From contig CACJEE010000004.1 of the NCBI GenBank assembly GCA_902592345.1, positions 1,957 through 65,956 of the forward strand: a DNA stretch of 64,000 nucleotides. Reading direction: 5' to 3'. The stretch is from an uncultured Alphaproteobacteria bacterium. Its GTDB lineage: Bacteria > Pseudomonadota > Alphaproteobacteria > HIMB59 > GCA-002718135. Made by a program: the position numbers and the translations under genes. Shown here one piece after another: positions 10,582-21,898 of this stretch. Position 1 is the first letter of the stretch; the number at the start of each line of letters is the position of its first letter. Under the pieces are notes generated by a model. That model did not search any database. It was not told the DNA's origin and saw only the letters and a program-made list of their open reading frames with translations.

Positions 10582-10860
10582 ATGGCAAATAATGAATCCA
10601 TAAAAGATACACTAGAAGTAATTAGAAGAGCGTTACAAGACGAAAATAATTTTTCTGAAAAAAATGACAATGTACTGATTTTGAATAAAAAGATTAATGA
10701 TGATGGAACTGTAAAAATGTTAGGACAATCTAATGATATTGATGAAGTAAATAATATAATTGAAAAAAAATTAACTGATTTATTAGAAAAAAAAATGAGC
10801 AATATGCTTGAAAATCAATTACCAAATATTCTTGATAAATATTTTAAAAATAAAAAATAA
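10582..10860 (+). CDS. Short PopZ/DUF2497-like polar organizer
   Basis: N-terminal helix ESIKDTLEVIRRALQDE, VLILN..INDDGTV, C-terminal MLENQLPNILDKY; lies between tolC and valS. Confidence 0.65.
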   Translation: MANNESIKDTLEVIRRALQDENNFSEKNDNVLILNKKINDDGTVKMLGQSNDIDEVNNIIEKKLTDLLEKKMSNMLENQLPNILDKYFKNKK

Positions 10861-10861
10861 T

Positions 10862-13489
10862 ATGCAGCTTGAAAAGTTTTTTGATTTTTTAAAAGATGAA
10901 AAAAAAATATATTCTGATTGGGAATCATCAAATAGTTTTACATCAAAAAAAAATAAAGAATCATATGCAATTATGATGCCTCCCCCGAATGTTACTGGAA
11001 GTCTTCATATGGGTCATGCACTTACTTTTACTATTCAAGATATTTTAATTCGCTATCATCGTATGCAAGGTAAAGAAGTGTTATGGCAGGCTGGAACAGA
11101 CCATGCTGGTATTGCAACTCAAATGGTCGTTGAAAGAAAAATTGCTGATGAAGGTTTAGATCGCAGAATATTAGGAAGAGATAAATTTATTAAAAAAGTT
11201 TGGGAATGGAAAGAAGATTCTGGTGGAGCTATTAACAATCAATTAAGAAGATTGGGCGCATCTGCTGATTGGTCTCGAGAGCGATTTACAATGGACGAAG
11301 ATTTATCTAAAGCTGTAAGAAAAGTTTTTGTAGACTTATATAACGATGGAATTATTTATAGAGACAAAAGATTAGTTAACTGGGATCCTAAATTATTAAC
11401 TGCTATTTCTGATTTAGAAGTTGAGCAAAAAGAACAAGAAGGAAGTCTCTGGCACATTAAATATCCTATTGATAGAGATCACTTTATTATTGTTGCAACA
11501 ACAAGACCTGAGACAATGCTTGGAGACTCAGCTGTAGCTGTGCATCCTAAAGATTTAAAATATAAAGATTTAATTGGAAAAACTTGCACACTGCCAATTG
11601 TTGAAAAGCAAATTCCTATTATTGCCGATGAATATGCAGATCCTGAAAAAGGCTCAGGTGCAGTTAAAATAACTCCTGCACATGATTTTAATGATTTTGA
11701 AGTAGGCAAAAGACATAATTTAGAATTTGTTAATATTTTTGATGAATTTGCTAAAGTGAATCAAAATGCACCAACTAAATTTCAAGGTCTGGATAGGTAT
11801 GAAGCTAGAAATTTAATATTAGAAGAATTAATTAAATTAGATCTTCTCATAAAAGAAGAAAAACAAGAAATGGTTATCCCTTATGGTGACAGATCTGGAG
11901 TAGTAATTGAACCTTGGTTAACAGATCAATGGTTTTGTAATGCAAAAAAATTATCAATTGATCCCATTAATTCTGTAAAACAAAATAATACAAATTTTGT
12001 TCCAAAAATTTGGGAAAAAACTTTTTTTAATTGGATGGAAAATATTCAGCCATGGTGTATTTCAAGACAATTATGGTGGGGGCACCAAATACCTGCTTGG
12101 TATGGTCCAGATAATAAATCTTTTGTAGCATTATCAATAGAAGATGCAAAATTAATTGCAAATAAATATTATGGTAAAGATGTTGAGTTAAAACAAGATG
12201 AAGATGTTTTAGATACTTGGTTTTCTTCAGCACTTTGGACATTCTCAACATTAGATTGGCCTAATAAAACATATGAACTTGATCGATTTTATCCTGGGAA
12301 TGTCCTGGTAACGGGATTTGATATTATATTCTTCTGGGTAGCTAGAATGATGATGATGGGCTCATATTTTATGAAAGAGACACCTTTTAAGGATGTTTAT
12401 ATACACCCATTAATTAGAGATGAAAAAGGTCAGAAAATGTCTAAATCAAAGGGTAATATTATAGATCCATTAGTTTTATTAGATAAATACGGAGCTGATA
12501 CTCTCCGTTTTACCCTGACTGCATTATTAAACCCCGGAAGAGATGTTAAATTAGCTGAAGAGAGAGTGAAAGGTTATAAATCTTTTACCAACAAAATTTG
12601 GAATGCAGCAAATTTTTTAAACTTAAATAATGTTTCTTTTATAGATACTATTGATATTGAAAATATTAAATTAGATACTAGCAAATGGATATTAAAAGAG
12701 TTTGAAGAAATTCAAAAAAGATATTTTGATAATATTGAGAAATATCAATTTCATGAAATAGCAAGTTCTTTGTATCATTTTACATGGCATACATATTGTG
12801 ACTGGTATATTGAATTCATTAAATCTGATTTTAAAGATCCTGAAAAATCTGAAGAAACTATTCAAGTTTCAGGATGGGTTTTCGTTCAAATTTTAAAACT
12901 ACTTCATCCTGTAATGCCATTTATTACAGAAAAGCTTTGGCTTTCATTAGTAGATAAAAAAACTTTTTTAATGAATCAAGAATTCATTAAAGTTAATTTT
13001 GATCACTCTTATCAAGAAAGTAAGAAATATATTTTAAAAATTATTGAAATAATGACAGCCTTAAGGAATCTTAGAGCAGATCTAAACATATCATATAAAA
13101 ATGAAATTGATTTAATTATTGATGCTAAAAATCATTATTTAAAAAAATTTATTTCTAATTATGAAGAAGAATTTAAAAGACTTATAAAAACTAACACCAT
13201 ATCTTATGAAGAAAACACCAATAAAAAAAAATCAGCCTTTATAGTATTAAGTGAAATTACAATTTTAGTTCCTTTAGAAGGTATAGTAGATACAGAAAAA
13301 GAATTATCTAAGCTGGATGAAAAAAAACTTAATTACAATAAGAAACTAAATACAGTTCTGGAAAAACTAAAGAACAAAGCATTTATTGAAAAAGCTCCTG
13401 ATAATGTTATAGAAAATTTCAAAATGCAAGAACAAGAAATTAAATCTTCTATTGAAAAGATTAATGAAATAATGAATACTATTAATTAA
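10862..13489 (+). CDS. valS: Valine--tRNA ligase
   Basis: PPPNVTGSLHMGHA, WCISRQLWWGH, KMSKS, C-terminal coiled coil. Confidence 0.97.
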   Translation: MQLEKFFDFLKDEKKIYSDWESSNSFTSKKNKESYAIMMPPPNVTGSLHMGHALTFTIQDILIRYHRMQGKEVLWQAGTDHAGIATQMVVERKIADEGLDRRILGRDKFIKKVWEWKEDSGGAINNQLRRLGASADWSRERFTMDEDLSKAVRKVFVDLYNDGIIYRDKRLVNWDPKLLTAISDLEVEQKEQEGSLWHIKYPIDRDHFIIVATTRPETMLGDSAVAVHPKDLKYKDLIGKTCTLPIVEKQIPIIADEYADPEKGSGAVKITPAHDFNDFEVGKRHNLEFVNIFDEFAKVNQNAPTKFQGLDRYEARNLILEELIKLDLLIKEEKQEMVIPYGDRSGVVIEPWLTDQWFCNAKKLSIDPINSVKQNNTNFVPKIWEKTFFNWMENIQPWCISRQLWWGHQIPAWYGPDNKSFVALSIEDAKLIANKYYGKDVELKQDEDVLDTWFSSALWTFSTLDWPNKTYELDRFYPGNVLVTGFDIIFFWVARMMMMGSYFMKETPFKDVYIHPLIRDEKGQKMSKSKGNIIDPLVLLDKYGADTLRFTLTALLNPGRDVKLAEERVKGYKSFTNKIWNAANFLNLNNVSFIDTIDIENIKLDTSKWILKEFEEIQKRYFDNIEKYQFHEIASSLYHFTWHTYCDWYIEFIKSDFKDPEKSEETIQVSGWVFVQILKLLHPVMPFITEKLWLSLVDKKTFLMNQEFIKVNFDHSYQESKKYILKIIEIMTALRNLRADLNISYKNEIDLIIDAKNHYLKKFISNYEEEFKRLIKTNTISYEENTNKKKSAFIVLSEITILVPLEGIVDTEKELSKLDEKKLNYNKKLNTVLEKLKNKAFIEKAPDNVIENFKMQEQEIKSSIEKINEIMNTIN

Positions 13490-15217
13490 ATGACAGATAA
13501 AGGTTCAAATATTAAATCTAGACTTCCTAGTAGACATGTTAGTGTTGGCCCAAAAAGTGCTCCACATAGATCTATGTATTATGCAATGGGAATGACTGAG
13601 GAACAAATTTATCAACCTTTTGTTGGCGTTGCTACAACCTGGAATGAATCTGCACCATGTAACATTACATTAGGAAGACAGGCACAAGCTGTAAAAAAAG
13701 GAGTAAGTGAATTAAATGGCACACCTCGTGAATTTACAACTATAACTGTAACTGATGGAATCGCCATGGGCCATGAAGCAATGAAAGCTTCTTTAGTAAG
13801 TCGAGAAGTTATTGCTGACTCTGTAGAATTATCAGTTAGAGGTCACTGTTATGATGGTATCGTAGGACTTGCCGGTTGTGATAAATCACTTCCAGGTTTG
13901 ATGATGGCTATGGTAAGACTTAATATTCCTTCAGTTTTTATTTATGGTGGTTCTATATTACCAGGAAATTATAAAGGTAAAGATTTGACAATTATTGATG
14001 TTTTTGAAGCAGTTGGTAAACATGCATCAGGTGAAATAGATGAAAAAGAACTAAAAAATATTGAAAAAGTTGCATGTCCTACAGCTGGTTCATGTGGTGG
14101 TCAATTTACAGCAAATACAATGGCATGCATATCAGAGGCGCTTGGATTAGCTTTAACTAACTCTGCCATGACACCTGCAACTTATGAAGAAAGAGATAAT
14201 TATGGCTTTGAAAGTGGTAAGGCTGTAATGAGCCTTATAGAAAAGAATATAAGACCAAGAGATATAGTTACTTTAGAATCTTTAAAAAACGCTGCAGTCG
14301 TTGTTGCTGCTACTGGTGGATCTACTAATGCCGCATTGCATCTACCTGCAATTGCTAATGAGGCAGGTATCAAATTTACTTTAAATGATGTTGTTGAAAT
14401 TTACCAATCAACTCCTTACATCGGTGATATGTCCCCTGGTGGCAAATATGTTGCAAAAGATCTTTACGAAGTAGGGGGTGTTCCTATTGTAATTAAATCT
14501 CTCTTAGATGGTGGTTATATAAATGGAGATTGCATGACTGTTACAGGTAAAACAATTGCAGAAAACCATAAAAGTGTAATATTTCCTAAAGATCAAGATG
14601 TTGTTTATACATGTGATAACCCAATAAGTGATCATAGTTCAGTAGTTGGTTTGTGGGGAAATCTTGCTGAGGAAGGATCAATTTCTAAAATTGCTGGTTT
14701 AAAAAATCTTTCTTTTAAAGGTAAAGCAAAGTGTTTTGATTGTGAGGAAGATGCTTTAACAGCAGTTTTAACAAATGAAATTGTTGCGGGTGATGCAGTA
14801 ATTATTCGCTATGAAGGACCTAAAGGAGGTCCTGGAATGAGAGAGATGCTTTCAACTACAGGTGCAATTTATGGACAAGGACTTGGAGAAACAGTTGCCT
14901 TGATCACTGATGGCCGTTTTTCTGGAGGCACGAGAGGATTTTGCATTGGTCATGTAGGACCAGAAGCTGCAGTTGGCGGAATGATAGGTCTATTAAAAAA
15001 TGGTGATGAAATTGTAATTGATGCAATTAAAGGTGAGATAAATGTTTTATTAACTGATGAAGAAATTGCAAAAAGAAAAAAAGAATGGAAACCTAGAAGC
15101 ACTAATCACAACTCAGGTTCTATTTGGAAATATGCTCAAACAGTTGGTCCTGCTTATTCAGGTGCTGTTACACAACCTGGTGCAAAAGAAGAAACCCACA
15201 CATACGCTGATATTTAA
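13490..15217 (+). CDS. ilvD: Dihydroxy-acid dehydratase
   Basis: [39 protein letters not shown]. Confidence 0.95.
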   Translation: MTDKGSNIKSRLPSRHVSVGPKSAPHRSMYYAMGMTEEQIYQPFVGVATTWNESAPCNITLGRQAQAVKKGVSELNGTPREFTTITVTDGIAMGHEAMKASLVSREVIADSVELSVRGHCYDGIVGLAGCDKSLPGLMMAMVRLNIPSVFIYGGSILPGNYKGKDLTIIDVFEAVGKHASGEIDEKELKNIEKVACPTAGSCGGQFTANTMACISEALGLALTNSAMTPATYEERDNYGFESGKAVMSLIEKNIRPRDIVTLESLKNAAVVVAATGGSTNAALHLPAIANEAGIKFTLNDVVEIYQSTPYIGDMSPGGKYVAKDLYEVGGVPIVIKSLLDGGYINGDCMTVTGKTIAENHKSVIFPKDQDVVYTCDNPISDHSSVVGLWGNLAEEGSISKIAGLKNLSFKGKAKCFDCEEDALTAVLTNEIVAGDAVIIRYEGPKGGPGMREMLSTTGAIYGQGLGETVALITDGRFSGGTRGFCIGHVGPEAAVGGMIGLLKNGDEIVIDAIKGEINVLLTDEEIAKRKKEWKPRSTNHNSGSIWKYAQTVGPAYSGAVTQPGAKEETHTYADI

Positions 15218-15219
15218 TT

Positions 15220-15999
15220 CTATAGTGTAATTGTCACAGGCGTGTGGTCTGAAGCTTTCTCCCAGCCTCTAGGTTCACGATTTACTTCAACTTTTTTTAT
15301 TAAATCTGTAATATTTGCAGTAGTTAAAAAATGATCAATTCTAAGCCCATTTCCTTTTTGCCATCCTCCACCTCTGTAACCCCAGAAAGTCCAATTTGTT
15401 TTACCTTCAACAAAGTGTTTCACTAAGTCAGTAAAACCCATATTAATTAAAATTCTATATTGTTCTCTCGTTAAAGGATGAGCACATGCATCATTTTTGA
15501 AATTTTCAGGAGAATATACGTCATCATCTGAAGGAATAACATTGAAGTCACCAGAGATTATTATAGGTGTGTTTTTATTTTTTAATTCTTGAATATATTT
15601 ATTAAATTTTTTCATCCATTCAATTTTATAATTAAATTTTTCTGTTTCAATAGGATTACCGTTTGGGAGATAAATATTTATTAATTTAATGTGTTTTTTT
15701 ATTTTTTTTAATTGTATCTCAGTTTCAATAAATCTAGCGTTTGGATCATCATATTTAGGAATTGATGTATTTGTAATTTTTAATTTTTCTTTACTTAAAA
15801 TAGCAACACCATTCCAAGCTTTTTGTCCATTTACATAAGAGTGATAGCCTGCATTTTTTATTATTTCTTTAGGGAAACCATCTTCAATTGTTTTTAACTC
15901 TTGTAGTAAATAAATATCTGATTGATCTTTTTTTATAAATTTTTCTAAATGTTCAATTCTTGCATTAACTGAATTTACATTCCATGTTGATATTTTCAT
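15220..15999 (-). CDS. xth: Exodeoxyribonuclease III
   Basis: TWNVNS, LQELK, GDFNV, GLRIDH, SDHTP. Confidence 0.93.
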   Translation of the reverse strand: MKISTWNVNSVNARIEHLEKFIKKDQSDIYLLQELKTIEDGFPKEIIKNAGYHSYVNGQKAWNGVAILSKEKLKITNTSIPKYDDPNARFIETEIQLKKIKKHIKLINIYLPNGNPIETEKFNYKIEWMKKFNKYIQELKNKNTPIIISGDFNVIPSDDDVYSPENFKNDACAHPLTREQYRILINMGFTDLVKHFVEGKTNWTFWGYRGGGWQKGNGLRIDHFLTTANITDLIKKVEVNREPRGWEKASDHTPVTITL

Positions 16000-16322
16000 T
16001 AAATAGAAAAAGAGGTACCACAACCACAAGATGATGATGCTTGAGGATTGGTAATCTTAAAAGATGAACCAATTAACTCATGAACATAATCAATTTTTGA
16101 ATTTTGAATTAATTCCATTGAAGTTTCGTCTATAACGACATTTATCTTTTCTTCTTCAATTAATATATCATCATCATTTTTAAGATTTTCAAAATCAAAT
16201 TTATATTGAAAACCTGCACATCCTCCACCTAAGACAGTAATTCTGAAATAAGCGGCTGAATCTTTCTCTAAAATAGACGCTATATGATCTTGTGCATTGT
16301 TTGTTATTTCTATCTTATTCAT
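15999..16322 (-). CDS. erpA: Fe-S cluster insertion protein (A-type carrier)
   Basis: GGGCAGFQY and CGCGTSF; xth-erpA/dgt-argS synteny. Confidence 0.88.
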   Translation of the reverse strand: MNKIEITNNAQDHIASILEKDSAAYFRITVLGGGCAGFQYKFDFENLKNDDDILIEEEKINVVIDETSMELIQNSKIDYVHELIGSSFKITNPQASSSCGCGTSFSI

Positions 16323-16373
16323 AATAAATCAATATATACTTATTTATAAATAAAATTTATAGCAAAATTTGCA

Positions 16374-17495
16374 ATGTTTGATCATTTAGCTGCCACACCT
16401 GAGTTTAGTAGAGGCCGTTTATTTAAAGAGAATGACTCTGACGATACTAGAAGTCCATATGAAAGGGATAGATCAAGAGTAATCCATTCTAGTTCATTTC
16501 GTAAACTTAAATATAAAACCCAGGTTTTTATTGAAAGTGAAAGTGATTATTATAGGACAAGATTAACACATTCTTTAGAAGTCTCACAGATCTCTAGATC
16601 TATTTGTAGATTACTTAGATTAAATGAAGATTTAGGTGAGACAGTAGCCCTAGCACATGATCTGGGGCACCCTCCATTTGGTCATAATGGAGAAAAAGCT
16701 TTGAATATTGCAATGCAAGATCATGGAGGTTTTAATCATAATGATCAGACTCTTAGAGTCTTAACACATATTGAAAAAAGACACCCTGATTTTAGCGGTT
16801 TAAATCTTACATGGGAGAGTTTAGAGGGTATAGTAAAGCACAACGGAATAGTTATAAATAATACCCCCTTTCATACAAATATTTATAACAATAAACATGA
16901 TTTACTATTAAGTAAGCAGCCTTTTATGGAGTCTCAAATTGCTGCAATATCTGATGATGTAGCATATAATAATCATGATGTTGAAGATGCTATAAGAGCG
17001 GGATTATTATCTATTGATCAACTTCAAGAAAATATTTTTTTTAACAATATAATTAATGAATTAAAAAAAGAATATACTATTATTGATGATAAGTTATTAA
17101 TGTTTCAAGTCTTGAGAAAAAGTATGTCTTTAATGATTGATGATATTTATAATCAAACTAAAAAAAATATTCTTGATTTAGATATTAAAACAAAAGAAGA
17201 TCTTCAAAATTATAATAATTTTGTTGTTACATTTTCCTCTTCTATGCAATCAAAAGCAAAGGATATAAAATCATTTCTATTTGATAATGTTTATAATCAT
17301 CAAAATTTACTTGATAAAAGACAAAATGTTGAAAAAATTATTTCCGATTTATTTAAATACTTTTATAATTCTCCTAACAAACTTCCCAAAGATTGGCGAA
17401 GTATAAATGAACCTATAGAGAGGGTAATTTGTGATTACATTTCAGGTATGACAGATAGATATGCATCAAGACTCCATAAGGACTTATATGAATAA
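16374..17495 (+). CDS. dgt: Deoxyguanosinetriphosphate triphosphohydrolase-like HD protein
   Basis: KTQVF, RTRLTHSLEV, HDLGHPPFGH, DYISGMTD. Confidence 0.92.
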   Translation: MFDHLAATPEFSRGRLFKENDSDDTRSPYERDRSRVIHSSSFRKLKYKTQVFIESESDYYRTRLTHSLEVSQISRSICRLLRLNEDLGETVALAHDLGHPPFGHNGEKALNIAMQDHGGFNHNDQTLRVLTHIEKRHPDFSGLNLTWESLEGIVKHNGIVINNTPFHTNIYNNKHDLLLSKQPFMESQIAAISDDVAYNNHDVEDAIRAGLLSIDQLQENIFFNNIINELKKEYTIIDDKLLMFQVLRKSMSLMIDDIYNQTKKNILDLDIKTKEDLQNYNNFVVTFSSSMQSKAKDIKSFLFDNVYNHQNLLDKRQNVEKIISDLFKYFYNSPNKLPKDWRSINEPIERVICDYISGMTDRYASRLHKDLYE

Positions 17496-19227
17496 TCATA
17501 TCGATCTACTTTTTAATTATTTTAATAAATTTGCAGACACTTGTATCCAGAACAATTATCTTGATAATTTTAATAGGAAATCAATAAGTATAGATTTTTC
17601 ATCAAAGTCGAGACAGGGAGATATATCTTCCAATTTTTATCTAGTAACTATAAAAAAAATTTTAGACAAACAATTTAATTTAAAAGATGAGTTGCTCTCT
17701 GGAATTCATAATCTTGCTTTTATTGACAAGTGTGAAATTTCAAAAAATGGTTTTATAAATATAAATATTAAAAAAAAATTTTTAATAGAGCAAATTCAAT
17801 TTTTACTTAATGCACAAAATCAATTTGGTAAATCAAATGAAGGCAATGGTAAAAGGGTCAATGTTGAGTTTGTATCTGCCAATCCAACAGGCCCTGTTAC
17901 TGTGGCCCATATGCGTGGTGCAGTCTTGGGTGATGTTATATCCTCTTTACTTTCTAATACTGGACATCAAGTAACAAGAGAATACTATGTTAATAATGCG
18001 GGATCTCAAATAGATATATTGGGGAAATCTTTATTTAAAAGATATTTAGAGTTACACGGAGAAAAAGTGGAATTAAATAGTAATGAATATCCAGGTGAAT
18101 ATCTAATTGAAATTGCTAAATTAATTAAAAAAAAAGATGGAGATAAATGGTTAAATCATGACTCAATTGATAGAGAAGATTATTTTAAAGACTTTGCTGT
18201 CAAATATTTAATAGAATTTATTGAGAAGGATTTGATGTTATTAAATATCAAATTTGATAAGTTTTCTTTTGAAAAAGATATAGTTAATAGTAACATTATT
18301 AATGACTTATTTAATATATTAAATAAAAAAAACTTACTTTATAATGGCATTCTTGAAAAACCTAAAGGAGATGACTCTAAAGACTGGGAACCAAGAGAGC
18401 AATTACTTTTTAAATCATCTTCAATACTCGATGATCAAGACAGGGCGTTTAAAAAATCTAACGGAGAATGGACATATTTTGCTAATGATGCCGCATACCA
18501 CCTAGATAAATATAATAGAGAATTTAATAAGTTAATTAATATATGGGGCGCTGATCATGTTGGCTATATTCCACGAATGAAGTCTGTATTAAAAACAATT
18601 GCCAATAAAGACGATTATCTTGAAATAGTAACATGTCAAATAGTGAGACTTATCAAGAATAATAAAATATTAAAAATGTCGAAAAGAGAAGGAAATTTTA
18701 TCACTTTGCAGGAAGTTTTTAATCAAGTAGGAAAAGATCCTCTTAGATACTTTATGGTATCTACTAAAAGTGAAACTTCTATGGATTTTGATTTAAATAA
18801 AGTTATTGAAAAAAATAAAGATAACTCAGTTTTTTATTGTCAATATGCTTATGCAAGGGCATCTTCGGTTATTAACAAAGCGGAAGATTTAGGTATTGAT
18901 ATAAAATCATTTAATAATTTTGATGAAATTATTAAATATTTAACAAAAGATGAAATAGAAATAATATTAAAATTATTATCTTATCCATATATAGTAAAAT
19001 TAGCCTCTAACACAAGAGAACCTCATCGATTAACTAACTTTATTGAAGATATATCCGCATCTTTTCATTCATTCTGGAATAAAGGAAAGGAAAATGAATC
19101 CCTTCGTTTTATTGATGAAAATAACATAATAAAAACTCAAACAAAATTAATATGGATTCAATCCATGAGGTTGGTCTTTGAAAATATATTCAATATTATT
19201 GGTATTGATTATCACGAAACTATGTAA
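17488..19227 (+). CDS. argS: Arginine--tRNA ligase
   Basis: VEFVSANPTGP..AH.RG, WGADH, KMSKR, YCQYAYAR. Confidence 0.96.
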   Translation: MNNHIDLLFNYFNKFADTCIQNNYLDNFNRKSISIDFSSKSRQGDISSNFYLVTIKKILDKQFNLKDELLSGIHNLAFIDKCEISKNGFININIKKKFLIEQIQFLLNAQNQFGKSNEGNGKRVNVEFVSANPTGPVTVAHMRGAVLGDVISSLLSNTGHQVTREYYVNNAGSQIDILGKSLFKRYLELHGEKVELNSNEYPGEYLIEIAKLIKKKDGDKWLNHDSIDREDYFKDFAVKYLIEFIEKDLMLLNIKFDKFSFEKDIVNSNIINDLFNILNKKNLLYNGILEKPKGDDSKDWEPREQLLFKSSSILDDQDRAFKKSNGEWTYFANDAAYHLDKYNREFNKLINIWGADHVGYIPRMKSVLKTIANKDDYLEIVTCQIVRLIKNNKILKMSKREGNFITLQEVFNQVGKDPLRYFMVSTKSETSMDFDLNKVIEKNKDNSVFYCQYAYARASSVINKAEDLGIDIKSFNNFDEIIKYLTKDEIEIILKLLSYPYIVKLASNTREPHRLTNFIEDISASFHSFWNKGKENESLRFIDENNIIKTQTKLIWIQSMRLVFENIFNIIGIDYHETM

Positions 19228-19745
19228 TGAATGCAAGATATTTATTTAAGAAAAAAAAATCATACAGAAAGATAATAATTGTTTTATCTTGCCTAATTAT
19301 AGTATTTTTTTTTCTTTATTTTTTTTTACTATCAAATGAAAATAAATTTATAATCATTCCAGAAAATACTGATGTTTTTTATATTGTCCCTGAGGATAGA
19401 GGAGGGGAAAAGGTGGCAAATATTGATAAGAAAAGTCTTAATAAAACTACAAAAGAGATTGCTGAACATGAGATAGAAAAACCTGACGATTTATTATTTA
19501 GCATTCAATTTTTTACCGATAGTCAGATCATAAATGTTAATCAATATTTACAAAAAATAACTAACTCTGATGAATCAATATATAGTATAGATGATTTTTA
19601 CATCTTAGCTTTGACATCAGAGATAGGGATTGAATACTTTTTACTATATAAAAATTTTATGACTCGATTAGATGCTACAAATTATTGCATAAAATTTTTA
19701 CCTAAAATGAATAATTGTTTAGTAGTAGATACAACTAAATTTTAA
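19227..19745 (+). CDS. Bitopic SPOR-domain (FtsN-like) protein
   Basis: N-terminal TM, P.DRGG..V.N.DK motif, C-terminal A..YC......CLV; follows argS as in Alphaproteobacteria. Confidence 0.6.
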   Translation: MNARYLFKKKKSYRKIIIVLSCLIIVFFFLYFFLLSNENKFIIIPENTDVFYIVPEDRGGEKVANIDKKSLNKTTKEIAEHEIEKPDDLLFSIQFFTDSQIINVNQYLQKITNSDESIYSIDDFYILALTSEIGIEYFLLYKNFMTRLDATNYCIKFLPKMNNCLVVDTTKF

Positions 19746-19781
19746 ATTAGCCAGAATCACAAAAATTTATTATAAGAAAAT

Positions 19782-20552
19782 ATGCTTGATATTAATAATG
19801 AAATTGATAATTCTGCTCCTTCAAAACAATTTAATATTACCCTCAATGCATACGAAGGTCCTATTGACTTACTGTTAGAATTAGCACGAAAGCAAAAAGT
19901 AGATTTATCAGAAATATCTATTCTAGAATTAGCCGAACAATACATTAATTTTATTAATAAATATCAAGACATACACTTAGAAATTGCTGCAGATTATCTA
20001 GTAATGGCTGCCTGGCTTACGTATTTAAAGTCAAGACTACTTCTTCCAAAAGATGAGAAATCTGAAGATCATACACCTGAAGAATTGGAAGAGGCTCTTA
20101 AATTCCAACTCCAAAGATTAGAAGCTTTTCAATCAGTTTCAAAAAAATTATATTCTAGACCACTTATTGGAAGAGATTCATTTTATGGTGGCTCATCAGA
20201 AGGTGTTAAAGTAAAATATAATATTACATACTCATCATCTTTATTTGATTTACTTCGAGCTTATTCTGTTATTATTCAAAAAGATGAAAAAGCTAGTCAC
20301 CTAACTATAGCTTATTCTGAATTATATTCTGTAGATGATGCAATACAAAGATTGCAAAATATCTTTGGAGAAATAACTGAGTGGACAAATTTACTGAACT
20401 TAATCCCAAAACTTAATGGCAATAAAATAGTAAATAAATCAATTTTATCATCTAATTTTGTTGCTGCATTAGAATTAGCTAAAAATGGTTTTATCGATGT
20501 AAAACAAAATAATGCATTTGGAAATATATTTGTTAAATTAAGAAAGTTATGA
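19782..20552 (+). CDS. scpA: Segregation/condensation protein A
   Basis: YEGPIDLLLEL, AADYLVMAAWL..KSRLLLP. Confidence 0.93.
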   Translation: MLDINNEIDNSAPSKQFNITLNAYEGPIDLLLELARKQKVDLSEISILELAEQYINFINKYQDIHLEIAADYLVMAAWLTYLKSRLLLPKDEKSEDHTPEELEEALKFQLQRLEAFQSVSKKLYSRPLIGRDSFYGGSSEGVKVKYNITYSSSLFDLLRAYSVIIQKDEKASHLTIAYSELYSVDDAIQRLQNIFGEITEWTNLLNLIPKLNGNKIVNKSILSSNFVAALELAKNGFIDVKQNNAFGNIFVKLRKL

Positions 20553-21187
20553 CCATCAATAGAGATACAAAAATCTTAGAAGCAATATTGTTTGCATCAG
20601 GTAATCCTGTATTAGAGGAAGATTTGAAATCAAAAATGATGAATAAAAAAAATTTCAAACAAGAAATTGAAGATCTTAAAATGTTTTATGAAGATAGAGG
20701 AATTAATTTAATTAAAACTGGGAATAAATGGTCTTTTCGAACTTCAGAAACTATTAAAGACGAATTAACAATCTTTAAAAAACAAAAAAGAAAATTATCT
20801 AGAGCTGCAATTGAAACTTTATCAATCATTGCATATCAACAACCTATAACCAGATCTGAAATTGAAAATATAAGAGGTGTTCAAATGGGCAGAGGCTCAA
20901 TAGATCATTTAATGGAAATTGGATGGATTAAACCATCTGGAAGAAAAAATATTCCAGGAAAACCTGCTTTATGGGTTACTACAGATCTTTTTATTGAACA
21001 TTTTGGAATTGAAAGTATTTCAGATTTACCTAATAAAAATGAATTAAAAGCTAGTGGATTTCTTGAAAAGAGATCTGCAATTGCTACGATTACTGATATT
21101 GCCATTAATAATGACCCTACAGAAGACGCAGATGTTGAAGAAGAAGAAACTTTAGAAGATTTTATATCAAAAGAAAACCCTTCATAA
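20549..21187 (+). CDS. scpB: SMC-Scp complex subunit B
   Basis: LEAILFA, LSRAAIETLSIIAYQQPITRSEIE.IRGV. Confidence 0.93.
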   Translation: MTINRDTKILEAILFASGNPVLEEDLKSKMMNKKNFKQEIEDLKMFYEDRGINLIKTGNKWSFRTSETIKDELTIFKKQKRKLSRAAIETLSIIAYQQPITRSEIENIRGVQMGRGSIDHLMEIGWIKPSGRKNIPGKPALWVTTDLFIEHFGIESISDLPNKNELKASGFLEKRSAIATITDIAINNDPTEDADVEEEETLEDFISKENPS

Positions 21188-21282
21188 TTAAATAATCTTC
21201 AATTTTTTTTGATTTTATGTCGTTTATAGAGTTTTATTTTTTCAAATTTTACGTTATGAGCATTCAGAAAAGGAGATAATTT

Positions 21283-21468
21283 ATGACACCAAGCATTTGG
21301 CAGCTTTTAATTGTACTAGTAATTGTGTTATTATTATTTGGTAGAGGTAAAATACCTCAGCTCATGGGCGATATGGCTAAAGGAATTAAATCATTTAAAA
21401 AAGGTATGAGCGACGAAGATAAAAAAGAAGATAAAAATATAGAGAATAATTCAGATAACGAAAAGTAA
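21283..21468 (+). CDS. tatA: Twin-arginine translocase subunit A
   Basis: SIWQLLIV...LLFGRGK, FKKG; SD AAAGGAG. Confidence 0.93.
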   Translation: MTPSIWQLLIVLVIVLLLFGRGKIPQLMGDMAKGIKSFKKGMSDEDKKEDKNIENNSDNEK

Positions 21469-21470
21469 TT

Positions 21471-21890
21471 ATGCTTACTTTTGGTTGGGGTGAAATTCTT
21501 CTAGTTCTTGTTATAGTCATTGTAGTTGTAGGCCCAAAAGATTTACCGAAATTAATTAAACAATTCTCTACATTCGCAAAATCTCTTAAAAAATTATCAA
21601 GAGAGTTTAAATATTCTTTAAATGAAATTGCTGATCAAGAGGAATTTAAAGAAATCAATAAAACTATAATGGAAGCAAAAAATATTAAAGATGATTTAAA
21701 TATTAAGGACAAGTTTAAATCTGAAGCTAAATCATTAAAAGAAACAGCTAATATAATTGAAAAAGAAGTTAAGGATCTAAAAAATTTAGAAAATGAAATT
21801 AATTCAACAAAGGAAACATCTACTTTAGATGAAAAAGATGTTCAGAATAAAAATAAAAATAAGACTCAAGATGAGGCTGATTTAATTTAG
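21471..21890 (+). CDS. tatB: Twin-arginine translocase subunit B
   Basis: GWGEIL...VVGPKDLP. Confidence 0.9.
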   Translation: MLTFGWGEILLVLVIVIVVVGPKDLPKLIKQFSTFAKSLKKLSREFKYSLNEIADQEEFKEINKTIMEAKNIKDDLNIKDKFKSEAKSLKETANIIEKEVKDLKNLENEINSTKETSTLDEKDVQNKNKNKTQDEADLI

Positions 21891-21898
21891 TAAATATT

